Origin: an uncultured bacterium
Lineage (GTDB): Bacteria > Babelota > Babeliae > Babelales > Babelaceae
Direction: 5' to 3'
Length of the DNA stretch: 64,000 bases
Assembly (NCBI GenBank): GCA_963695365.1
Contig: OY968766.1
Coordinates: forward strand, 305,744-369,743
Part shown: positions 1-8,759 of the stretch, in pieces
Position numbering within the stretch: the first letter of the stretch is position 1
Layout: every line of letters begins with the position of its first letter
Notes under the pieces: generated by a model
The model's database searches: none
Seen by the model: the letters and a program-made list of their open reading frames with translations, nothing else
What the model was told of the DNA's origin: nothing
Program-made: the position numbers and the translations under genes

Positions 1-2390
1 CCATTGCCAGTTCTCAGTAAGCCAAAACTCGTTGCTAAAAGACCAAGTGGCCCGGAAACAATAAGATCGCTATACGAACTCGATTGAAGAGCTTGTTGAT
101 CGGTAAGATGTGCTATGGTTACTGTGGGAATGTCTTGAGTCGATGCAATCAGAGCTGCTGAGAGCTCCATGCGTTCGAGTCGCATATCTGATAAGACAAA
201 AAGTTGATTACCACGAGCTGCGAGCTTACGAATATAAGGAGTTGTTCGAATAAGCTTCCAGCTCATCGAACCTTTCAATCCGGCAAAGCCATTGCCAAGA
301 CCGCTTACACTATCCCAGCCTGAACCATCGGGTGCGGCAAGAACGGCAACCCCACCAGATCCTGCAACGACGAACCATCCATATTTCCCATCCGATACCA
401 CTACTGCCGAGGTTATTGGACCGAGCTGCGCCAATGCTCCGCCGCTTAGAACAAGCGTTGTCGCATTTTCAAAACCTGCTAACGATCCTGATTCAGATTT
501 AAAAACAGGTTCCAATGTTGTAACTGGCCCAAAGAGCGATGCTTGTACATCACTTCCCGTTTGTACGAGTGCCACTTTTTCAAAGCCGGTAAATGCCATC
601 ACGGATAAGCGCTCAGAAATTTTTTTTGTAAAACCATTAGTCGTGAGAGGAAAATCAAAAGTTCCATGCACCCCGCCGTTAGCAGGAGGGAATTGTGTCG
701 CCATAAAGAATGAAAATGAATCTTTGTCGTTAGACCATTGTGTTCTAAAAATTGACTGTGTTGTGCTTTCTTTCTGCATCATCGCTTGCTCGATATACCA
801 ATGCACTCCTTGAGCTGGATCAAAACGAAATCCGACTATGGGCGCGTTCGCTCCTGAAACACGTTGCCACCGGGTCCACCCACGAATGCGCCCAAGCTCA
901 TCGTAGATCGGCTGAGATGAAAAAATGCCAGGCTGCAGATTATTACCGGAGCCCGCAATGGAAACCATCACGGCATCGTTTACAACATCGATATCCGTAA
1001 TAGCACCTGGAAGCACACCGTCGCCTCCAACGCGAGCCTGAGTGCTATCTTCTGAATAAATGTCATGGGGGTTTACAGCGCGTGTTGCAAGCACACGCGA
1101 TAAAAATCGATGAGGCACCGTTGGATCAAAAAGATTCGCAGGGGCACTATTAACGTTCGCAAGGGTTCCATGATAAGGCGATTGCAGATTATCAACAAGT
1201 GGCAACGCATATACCTGCTGATCAAGTATTGGATCAGTACCATTTCCTCCAACGATAATAAGATACCGCAATAACATTTTGCTATACATCGTACGCACTT
1301 TACGAATAGTAACTGATGCGAGAGAGCCACGTGTCCCTACAATTCCTGACTCATCTGCGAACACAGAGGCAGAGGCGATCTCTTGAAATAGCAGCTTTCC
1401 GTTCGAAACAGAGCCAACTAGCACCCCACGCGCCCCGTCTTGAGGCGCAGGCCCAGACGTCACACTGAGCGCAACATAGAGCCGTGCAAGGTCTCTATCA
1501 TAATGAAGATCAACCGCATGATTCAACACGCTTAAAGCACCCTGTATTTTCAATTCTGGCATATCGCGCGTCAATAAGCGGGCCAGATTGCCTCCACCCG
1601 TAGGCTGCCCCTGCTGATTAAACTCGTGCACACCAGTCGTTGCGTCAACAAGATCCCACGCATAAAAGTTCTGTTGAGGCGTTTGAAGCGCTTCTTCTTT
1701 TTTGTCTTTGTCTTTATCCGTCTTTTTATCTGTCTTTACGTCAGAAGAAGCCTTATTTTTCTTCTTGGTATCATTGTTACTTTTCTCCGATTCCTTCGGT
1801 TGTTGCGCAGGAGGAGTAAATTTTTTAAAAAGCGCCAGCGCAACCGATACCTCATTATCAGCCTCAGTCTTACCTACAGCAGCGAACGCAGCCATTGTTG
1901 CAGTAGCCTCGAGGGGCGTAGTAACCGAAGCAGCTATTGTTTCTATTGCAAAGACCGCTTGGGATTTATCGCCATGCCCATCTTTAATGGAAGACGAGTA
2001 AAAAACTTGCTTGCGAGCATCATCGACCAAAAAAAGCTTGTCAGGGATGCCCTGTTTAACGACGATAGGCCATTCCCCCATGAGCGCAAGATACTCTATG
2101 GCCGCTCCACGCAATGGATTAGGCTTCTTTGGCACATTGTTAACCATTACCTCTGCAGGGGTTATACCGGTCATAGTGGTAGAAAAACTATTTGCATATG
2201 CTATTGCAAAATCGTTATCTTTAACTTCCTGGGATGCCGCAACAAAAAAACGATTGCTTGGAAGATAGAGGGCATGCGGGCCGATCGCAAACATAAACGT
2301 TGCTTCAGAGCCAGAGTTGCCTAAACGAATTGCTGAAATCAAAGAGAGAGCCGTGCTTACCAGCACGAGAAACGAAATCTTTCTTATCAT
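1..2390 (-). CDS. large secreted hypothetical protein, C-terminus runs off the window (at least 796 codons)
   Basis: Hand translation of the minus strand from ATG at 2390 (GAGGA 5 nt upstream) gives an uninterrupted frame down to position 3. It starts MIRKISFLVLVSTALSLISA (signal-peptide-like) and has a K/D-rich low-complexity stretch around 1690-1780. It is not in the ORF track because it has no stop inside the window. The plus-strand ORFs 292-2324 are its shadows. Confidence 0.75.
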   Translation of the reverse strand, partial: MIRKISFLVLVSTALSLISAIRLGNSGSEATFMFAIGPHALYLPSNRFFVAASQEVKDNDFAIAYANSFSTTMTGITPAEVMVNNVPKKPNPLRGAAIEYLALMGEWPIVVKQGIPDKLFLVDDARKQVFYSSSIKDGHGDKSQAVFAIETIAASVTTPLEATATMAAFAAVGKTEADNEVSVALALFKKFTPPAQQPKESEKSNNDTKKKNKASSDVKTDKKTDKDKDKKEEALQTPQQNFYAWDLVDATTGVHEFNQQGQPTGGGNLARLLTRDMPELKIQGALSVLNHAVDLHYDRDLARLYVALSVTSGPAPQDGARGVLVGSVSNGKLLFQEIASASVFADESGIVGTRGSLASVTIRKVRTMYSKMLLRYLIIVGGNGTDPILDQQVYALPLVDNLQSPYHGTLANVNSAPANLFDPTVPHRFLSRVLATRAVNPHDIYSEDSTQARVGGDGVLPGAITDIDVVNDAVMVSIAGSGNNLQPGIFSSQPIYDELGRIRGWTRWQRVSGANAPIVGFRFDPAQGVHWYIEQAMMQKESTTQSIFRTQWSNDKDSFSFFMATQFPPANGGVHGTFDFPLTTNGFTKKISERLSVMAFTGFEKVALVQTGSDVQASLFGPVTTLEPVFKSESGSLAGFENATTLVLSGGALAQLGPITSAVVVSDGKYGWFVVAGSGGVAVLAAPDGSGWDSVSGLGNGFAGLKGSMSWKLIRTTPYIRKLAARGNQLFVLSDMRLERMELSAALIASTQDIPTVTIAHLTDQQALQSSSYSDLIVSGPLGLLATSFGLLRTGN

Positions 2391-2540
2391 CGATGTCCTC
2401 ACTATTATGAACGAACAACACACATCGATCACCTTACGTGAAATGAAACTGAATGATAGTATATAGCAAAATGAACTTTCTTCCAGCAGAATAGTCACTT
2501 TTCAGACACATAAGAATGGCTGTGCCCTAAGTTTTTATGT

Positions 2541-3584
2541 CTATTTATCCCAGACGCAAATTCTGTGATCAGAAGAACCTGAGACTACTTTTTTATTGTC
2601 GGGTGTCACACAAACTGAGTTCACAGAATCATTATGAGCTTGCCAGCAAGCAATTTGCTTACCATAATCGGGTTTTAATTCTCCTGAAGTTACTTCTTCT
2701 GTATCGACTCCTTTTCCTTCTATATCCCAAATACGAATTGTTTTATCGTCTCCCGCTGAGATAATTCTATTATCTGCTGTCGCACAAACAGATAGGACTT
2801 TTTTTTCATGGCCTTCGCAAAGTGTCGAACATCGTCCACCAATCATATTACAAATATCCACCCTCACTGGATCTAACAGCGCCCCCACACATCCTGCAGC
2901 AATTTTTTTGCCATCTGGGGTTACGCATACCCCATGAATTTCATTTCGCGGAAGATAAGGCTTACACGGCAAAATTTCTTGAGTCTCTAAATCCCAAATC
3001 CATAATTCCCCAAAAGATCCACAGATAATTTTTTTTCTATCACTAGAACGACAAATTACAGGTTGACGCCCTTTCTTATCGCACTGCCCTATTCTCCGTT
3101 TTGTTTTTACATCCCAGATAAATAGGGTACCATCCATAGATGCCGAGACGATTCTTTTGTCATCCACAGCACAAACTGAATTGACTGCCGTTGTGTGTTC
3201 ATAGAATTCAGTCAACTTACTACCAGTCCTTAGATCCCAAATGGCTACTGACCGATCACTCGATCCTGAGCAAATTCCCTCGCCATCTTGCATCACACAA
3301 ACTGAATTAACCGATCCCGCATGAGCTTCCCATCGATTAAACTTAGTTTCGTCATCAATATCCCAAACACCTATCGTTTTATCCGCAGCTCCGGAGATAA
3401 TGTTCTTGCCATCGGGTGTTACGCAAACAGATTTAACGTGATGGGTATGCTTATGAATTTCACGCAATGGCTTTTTTTCCTCAAGCTTTACGTCAATTCG
3501 CATTCCAGCAAGCTTTGCCGGACTAAGAAAAATAATGAAAAAAAACGCAATTAAAAAATTGCTTATCACAGTTCTCATCATCAT
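2541..3584 (-). CDS. WD40 repeat protein (about 7 blades) with hydrophobic N-terminal signal/anchor
   Basis: Seven recurrences of the pattern H..V.SVCVTPDGK.I.SGS.D.TI..WD, for example HHVKSVCVTPDGKNIISGAADKTIGVWDI and HNDSVNSVCVTPDNKKVVSGSSDHRICVWDK. The N-terminus is MMMRTVISNFLIAFFFIIFLSPA. Confidence 0.9.
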   Translation of the reverse strand: MMMRTVISNFLIAFFFIIFLSPAKLAGMRIDVKLEEKKPLREIHKHTHHVKSVCVTPDGKNIISGAADKTIGVWDIDDETKFNRWEAHAGSVNSVCVMQDGEGICSGSSDRSVAIWDLRTGSKLTEFYEHTTAVNSVCAVDDKRIVSASMDGTLFIWDVKTKRRIGQCDKKGRQPVICRSSDRKKIICGSFGELWIWDLETQEILPCKPYLPRNEIHGVCVTPDGKKIAAGCVGALLDPVRVDICNMIGGRCSTLCEGHEKKVLSVCATADNRIISAGDDKTIRIWDIEGKGVDTEEVTSGELKPDYGKQIACWQAHNDSVNSVCVTPDNKKVVSGSSDHRICVWDK

Positions 3585-3905
3585 GATGGCTCTCCTCCAT
3601 TTTTGTAAAGTATATCAAGACTCTTACACCGTTTACACTGTTAACATAGCTGCTTTTTTTGTGTAACACAAGCTTTTTTCTTGAAAATTTTAGAATTCTC
3701 GTATTTCGCAGCTACGAAATTTAACATATCTAAAAAAATAATAATAAATTTACGGGGCAAATGCAGGCAAATTCTTAATCCCATTTAAAGAGGTCCTCAC
3801 TGCAATCTTCTTTGAACGACTAATTTGCATATGATTCTCTATTTGGTAAACTATAATGGTGATTTAAAGTTACTCTATCTAAACTTTGAAAGCGAGGAAT
3901 GGATT

Positions 3906-4550
3906 ATGATGATTTCACAGTATGTTAATGCATTAAGCTTACTACTAGTTTTATCGCTTAATTTTTATCTTGGTGCTATGGACCAACAGGTGATGAAGGC
4001 AAGAATTGCTCAGCTTGTAGACCAGTATCTGCAGCCCTCTTTTTTTATGGCAGCTAAGAATGGCAACGTTGATACTGTCCGTGACTTAATAAATGACGAC
4101 CAAGCAATTGATGCAACTACTACGCGCAATTTCACTGCACTCCATTTGGCGGCTTTGCACAATCGTATTAATGTCGCAACTTTATTAATCGAAAGACGAG
4201 CAAATGCAAAAGTTATAGACGATCTTCACCAAACTCCTCTCCACATGGCAGCAAGTCGCGGTCATGTGGAAATGATACAATTGTTGATTGCGGCAGATCC
4301 GGATCGCGTAAATATAAACGCTGTAAGCCAGGACGGAGGCAAGACGCCTCTTCATGATGCAGTTCATGCGGGGCGTGCCGACGCCGTAGAGGCATTAATT
4401 AAAGGAGGGGCAAATATTGAAGCCGCTGATATAGCTGGTAGAACGCCTCTTGCCTTAGCCGTGATCTTCTCAAGGGATTCAGTTAGAGATGCCTTGCTTA
4501 GTCATGGCGCAGTTTTTGAAGCCTATTTAGCATTGGTAGTCGAGATTTAA
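3906..4550 (+). CDS. ankyrin repeat protein with N-terminal signal peptide
   Basis: Ankyrin consensus repeats are present (TALHLAALHNRINVATLLIERRAN, QTPLHMAASRGHVEMIQLLI, KTPLHDAVHAGRADAVEALIKGGAN, RTPLALAV). The start was moved from the track's 3825 to ATG 3906 (GAGGA at 3892-3896), giving MMISQYVNALSLLLVLSLNFYLGA. Confidence 0.88.
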   Translation: MMISQYVNALSLLLVLSLNFYLGAMDQQVMKARIAQLVDQYLQPSFFMAAKNGNVDTVRDLINDDQAIDATTTRNFTALHLAALHNRINVATLLIERRANAKVIDDLHQTPLHMAASRGHVEMIQLLIAADPDRVNINAVSQDGGKTPLHDAVHAGRADAVEALIKGGANIEAADIAGRTPLALAVIFSRDSVRDALLSHGAVFEAYLALVVEI

Positions 4551-4856
4551 TGAGATAACGTCCGAAAAAGTTGTGGGAGTGAAGTGGAACAAAGCAACTT
4601 CTCATCACATAAATTGTACTACCAAATCTTCAAACGTGTTACTTCATCCAAACTTTTTTTCAAGCAAGATTTTTTTTCTTCCAAACTAACTTCTAAATCG
4701 AGCGCCTGCTCCATAAGAAGAGCGAGCTTGCTTGCAGCAAGCCGATAGCGAGGATCTTAATTAACAGACACCCCATCATTTGCCCGAGCTAAATAAAAAA
4801 ATTTGCGGCGCATTTGCAACGCATTTGCGGTGCAAAATCTTAGGAGTTTAAAAAAT

Positions 4857-5840
4857 ATGGACGAAATGAACTTCGATGAAGCGTTAAATGAGCAATCCGA
4901 CTATCCTAAAGATTTTTCTCAAGAAGCTTTGAAAGAATATATACGCATTTGCGGCATTACTACGAATGCCTCCGCACGCGATATCTTGGTCAGCCTTAAC
5001 GTGGCTGAAGAAATCCACGATGAGCTAAAATTTACCAACGCCGGCGTGCTTTTTTTTGCAAAAGACCCCCAAAAATTCTTTCCAGAAAGCTACATCACGG
5101 CAATAAAATATAAAACGGATGAGCGGTTCTCTATAATTGATAATAAGGATTTCAAAGGTTCGCCAATTATCCAGATTGAAGGAGCCCTCAATTTTATTCT
5201 GAGGCATATGAGTGTTGAACCCAGCATTATGAAAAAAGCAAGCCCGCTTCTTGGAGCGCGGCACAATATTTATGAATACTCACCAGTGGCTTTACGCGAA
5301 GCAGTAGTCAATGCGATAACCCACAGAGACTATCTATACGACAGCTCACACATTTACATCCACATGTTCCCTGATTATATTGAGATTGAAAATCCAGGAG
5401 GATTGTATCGCGGACTTTCTCTTGAAGATTTGGGGAAGCGAACCATTAGGCGAAATCGACTCATCGCAGATCTTCTTCATCGTGCCGGTTATATAGAACG
5501 GGTCGGAAGCGGCTTTTCTCGCATGAAAAATGCTCTCACAGAAAATAATAACCCACCATTTCAAATTTCTGCAACAAATTTTTTTAATATCCGATTTTAC
5601 AAAAGATTAAGCAGTATCGACCAAAGCGCTCTTACATCACGGCAATATACAATTTACCAAGCTATTTCGAACAATCCAGGTATAGCAAAAAGAGAACTTG
5701 CCGCTCTACTGCATTTGAGCGAAGATACTACATTGCGGGAATTAAATAATCTTATTAAATTGAAACTTGTCTCAAAAACAGGGGCAGGCAAATCAACTAC
5801 CTATGGTACAAATTTACTGAAACCTGGGAAAAATCCATGA
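4857..5840 (+). CDS. COG2865-type putative transcriptional regulator (RecG-C-terminal-like HATPase_c_4 domain plus C-terminal wHTH); the N-terminal AlbA_2 domain appears to be missing
   Basis: Hallmark motif REAVVNAITHRDY...IEIENPGGL, followed by a wHTH-like tail (GIAKRELAALLHLSEDTTLRELNNLIKLKLV). The track start 4803 is a TTG. ATG 4857 follows AGGAG at 4841-4845. Confidence 0.7.
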   Translation: MDEMNFDEALNEQSDYPKDFSQEALKEYIRICGITTNASARDILVSLNVAEEIHDELKFTNAGVLFFAKDPQKFFPESYITAIKYKTDERFSIIDNKDFKGSPIIQIEGALNFILRHMSVEPSIMKKASPLLGARHNIYEYSPVALREAVVNAITHRDYLYDSSHIYIHMFPDYIEIENPGGLYRGLSLEDLGKRTIRRNRLIADLLHRAGYIERVGSGFSRMKNALTENNNPPFQISATNFFNIRFYKRLSSIDQSALTSRQYTIYQAISNNPGIAKRELAALLHLSEDTTLRELNNLIKLKLVSKTGAGKSTTYGTNLLKPGKNP

Positions 5841-6012
5841 ATACCTTGATTTAAATAGCGATAGTGCGCTTGAGAAGCTTCAGAAGATTGAGCAAGAACC
5901 CAGAGAATCAAAATAAACAATACCCCAGTTTGTTAGCTCACTAGATCATCATAAAAAAATATGGTATATCTATGCCCAGAAAATATAACTCATATAAAAA
6001 CTGGATATACCA

Positions 6013-7545
6013 ATGCACACTATTATCTCATCGGCGACGACAATCGGCGTCCAAACCTATCTCATTGATGTAGAAGTTGATCTTTCTCTGGGCCTCTTAC
6101 AATTTTTTATTGTCGGATTGCCCGATACAGCCGTAAAAGAAAGCAGACAGCGCATTCATACCGCACTGAAAAATTGTGGCATAAAATTACCTGAGCGAAA
6201 AATTACGGTCAATCTTGCTCCTGCCGATGTTAAAAAAGAGGGCACAGTCTTTGATCTCTCTATCGCATTAGGCATAATCATCTCGGCACAGCTTCTCACC
6301 GTCGATCCCGATTTTTTAAAAGAGACGCTCTTTTTAGGTGAGCTATCACTCGATGGCACGGTCAAACCAGTAAAAGGCGTCCTTCCCATCGCCTGTGACG
6401 CAAGTAAGCTTGGAAAGAAACGAATAGTGGTACCTGTTCGCAACGCACAAGAAGCTGCGCTGATACCAACTATCGAGATCATTGGCGTCAGCCACTTATC
6501 GGAACTTATTAACTACCTTAAAAAAGAGATCGTTATCGAGCCAACCCGGGTCAGCCTTCCCCATACTTCGAGTCCGACACAACAAGGTGCCCTCGATTTT
6601 AGCCAAGTAAAAGGGCAGTATGCTGCAAAGCGCGCGCTCCAAATCGCAGCAGCAGGAAGGCACAATATCCTTTTTGTCGGATCGCCAGGGTCGGGAAAAA
6701 CGATGCTGGCTCAACGGCTACCAACGATCATGCCTCCGCTTACGTTTCATGAAATACTCGAAACAAGCAAAGTGTATTCGGTCAGCGGAAAGCTCGATAA
6801 GCAGCCTCTGGTATTTGAGCGGCCATTTCGAAGCCCTCACCATACTATCAGTCAGGCGGGCCTTGTTGGTGGCGGCTCATATCCCCAGCCTGGCGAGATA
6901 AGCCTCGCCCACAATGGCGTGCTTTTTCTTGATGAGCTGACTGAGTTTAAACGTGATGTGCTTGAAGTGCTCAGGCAGCCACTTGAAAACCACTCTGTCA
7001 GCATCGCGCGTGCAATGCACACCATCACCTTTCCTGCTACCTTCTTGCTCGTTGCTGCGCTCAATCCCTGCCCCTGTGGTTTTTTGCTCGATAAAAAACG
7101 CGCCTGCATCTGCACGCCCCAACTCATGAACAAGTATCATGCAAAAATTTCAGGCCCACTTTCCGATCGAATAGATGTACAAGTTATTATCTCTTCGATA
7201 GATTATGATACGATAGTAGATAAGACTGAGGAGCCGCTCAGCTCAGCAACACTTTTTAAAGCTGTAGAGGTGGCGGTCCAGGCGCAAGAAAAACGGGCGC
7301 CTAACCTTTACAATGGGTATCTTCCTGCACATCTCATTGAAAAACATTGCCCACTGAGCACAGAAGCGCAAGAACTTATGAAGGAAGCTTTTGATAAAAT
7401 GCAGTTTACTATGCGTAGCTACCATAAACTTATTAAGATTAGCAGAACAATTGCAGATCTTGCCGGCTGCGAGCTCATCGAGACGCATCACATTAAAGAA
7501 GCACTTATGTATCGCACGACGTATCAGCAGAAGGAATCAGCGTGA
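6013..7545 (+). CDS. comM: YifB/ComM family Mg-chelatase-like AAA ATPase
   Basis: N-terminal Lon-protease-like domain (VGLPDTAVKESRQRIHTALKNCG...VNLAPADVKKEG..FDLSIALGI), Walker A GSPGSGKT, Walker B LFLDEL. 510 aa. Confidence 0.9.
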   Translation: MHTIISSATTIGVQTYLIDVEVDLSLGLLQFFIVGLPDTAVKESRQRIHTALKNCGIKLPERKITVNLAPADVKKEGTVFDLSIALGIIISAQLLTVDPDFLKETLFLGELSLDGTVKPVKGVLPIACDASKLGKKRIVVPVRNAQEAALIPTIEIIGVSHLSELINYLKKEIVIEPTRVSLPHTSSPTQQGALDFSQVKGQYAAKRALQIAAAGRHNILFVGSPGSGKTMLAQRLPTIMPPLTFHEILETSKVYSVSGKLDKQPLVFERPFRSPHHTISQAGLVGGGSYPQPGEISLAHNGVLFLDELTEFKRDVLEVLRQPLENHSVSIARAMHTITFPATFLLVAALNPCPCGFLLDKKRACICTPQLMNKYHAKISGPLSDRIDVQVIISSIDYDTIVDKTEEPLSSATLFKAVEVAVQAQEKRAPNLYNGYLPAHLIEKHCPLSTEAQELMKEAFDKMQFTMRSYHKLIKISRTIADLAGCELIETHHIKEALMYRTTYQQKESA

Positions 7546-7919
7546 TAACTATTGGAATTGATGCAGTCGATATCGCTCGCTTCGAACAATGGCCGCTTTT
7601 TAGTCGTAAAAAACTGCGTAGGATTTTTAATGACACAGAAATAGACTTTATTTTACAGGATAGCAACAAGGCGCTTCAACGTTTTGCAAGTAGGTTTGCT
7701 GCAAAAGAAGCGTGTTATAAAGCGCTTTCGCCGTTATTTAAGATACCAGTTCCCTTTTTAAGAGTTGCTCAATATGTTACCGTCCAATCTGCATCTTCTG
7801 GTCAACCCATGTTAACGATTGACTGGAATGCACTCAAGCTTCAAGATGGGTGCTATGCTCAGATTTCTATAACACATACAGATACAACTGCCTTCGCTGT
7901 GGTCATCGTAAATTATTAG
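7542..7919 (+). CDS. acpS: holo-[acyl-carrier-protein] synthase (4'-phosphopantetheinyl transferase)
   Basis: IGIDAVDIARF ... FAAKEACYKAL ... ISITHTDTTAFAVVIV, 125 aa. The GTG start overlaps the comM stop (GTGA). Confidence 0.88.
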   Translation: MITIGIDAVDIARFEQWPLFSRKKLRRIFNDTEIDFILQDSNKALQRFASRFAAKEACYKALSPLFKIPVPFLRVAQYVTVQSASSGQPMLTIDWNALKLQDGCYAQISITHTDTTAFAVVIVNY

Positions 7920-8042
7920 CCGCTCCCCCTGGACTAGGGCACCAGCTTGCATCCAGCCGGCGCCTGCGGCTATGGCGTGACTTGACGGCTTGCCGAGCCG
8001 TAGCTTTACGCGAAGGCGGGACAGCGCTCAAACAGATGCGCT
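7920..8042. repeat. GC-rich mosaic intergenic repeat, copy A
   Basis: Starts immediately after the acpS stop. Carries the shared cores GGCTATGGCG (7968-7977) and AGCTTTACGCGAAGGCGGGACAGCGC (8002-8027). Its first about 40 nt are the reverse complement of a segment of copy F (GCAAGCTG..GCCCT.GTCCAGGGG). Confidence 0.8.
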
Positions 8043-8131
8043 ATTCGATAACACGGTAAGATGGGAGAAGTAAACAATCCAATAAGAATTTCTATAAGAA
8101 TACCGCAAAGATTTAAATAATTTTGCCAAGC

Positions 8132-8159
8132 TTGACAATCAAGGAAAAGCACGTATAAT
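8132..8159 (+). promoter_or_regulatory. sigma70-type promoter for tRNA-fMet
   Basis: Consensus TTGACA (8132-8137), a 16-nt spacer and consensus TATAAT (8154-8159), about 32 nt upstream of the tRNA 5' end. Confidence 0.6.
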
Positions 8160-8191
8160 CATTACATACTCTTATTGACTAAGAAATTCAT

Positions 8192-8268
<77 letters not shown>

Positions 8269-8286
8269 AATTCCACATTGTATATA

Positions 8287-8733
8287 TTATGCATGCTCAT
8301 GACGGACAAGGTTCTCAACAAAATGATCCCCCATAGAAACTATCTGCTGAGAGTTTACATAGGTTAATTCATTGAGAGCATCCCGCAGCTCAACCCATTT
8401 AAATGATAAATGCTCAGATGAGATGGTTACCGCTTTAGTGGACACGCGTCCGACAAAATAGGTAACGGTCTTATGCACCAAGTCTCCAGAAGAGTCTTTA
8501 AAAATATAGGAAAGCGACTGCTCAAAACCTGAATGAATCTCGGCAGTCAAACCCGTTTCTTCCTTAAGCTCTCTTATGGCAGCATCGAGATTTGTTTCAC
8601 CAGCTTCAAGTTTTCCCTTTGGAAGATCCCAATAACCCTTACGATAATTCAAAAGAAGATACAACCGAACGGGGCGATCATTAACAATATCGTTATAATA
8701 AACAATCACACCAGCTGAAAACTCTGTCTTCAT
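8287..8733 (-). CDS. NUDIX hydrolase
   Basis: Nudix box GKLEAGETNLDAAIRELKEETGL. 148 aa. Confidence 0.85.
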   Translation of the reverse strand: MKTEFSAGVIVYYNDIVNDRPVRLYLLLNYRKGYWDLPKGKLEAGETNLDAAIRELKEETGLTAEIHSGFEQSLSYIFKDSSGDLVHKTVTYFVGRVSTKAVTISSEHLSFKWVELRDALNELTYVNSQQIVSMGDHFVENLVRHEHA

Positions 8734-8759
8734 TCGCTCCCCATGCGTTTACGATCCTA

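Noticed and set aside
292-2324. Plus-strand track ORFs (292-813, 752-1000, 1626-2324, 1702-2001, 2011-2268) and the 85-aa minus ORF 1073-1330
   Set aside because: They lie opposite to, or out of frame within, the 796-codon minus-strand ORF. They have low-complexity or Cys/Arg-rich compositions typical of shadow frames.
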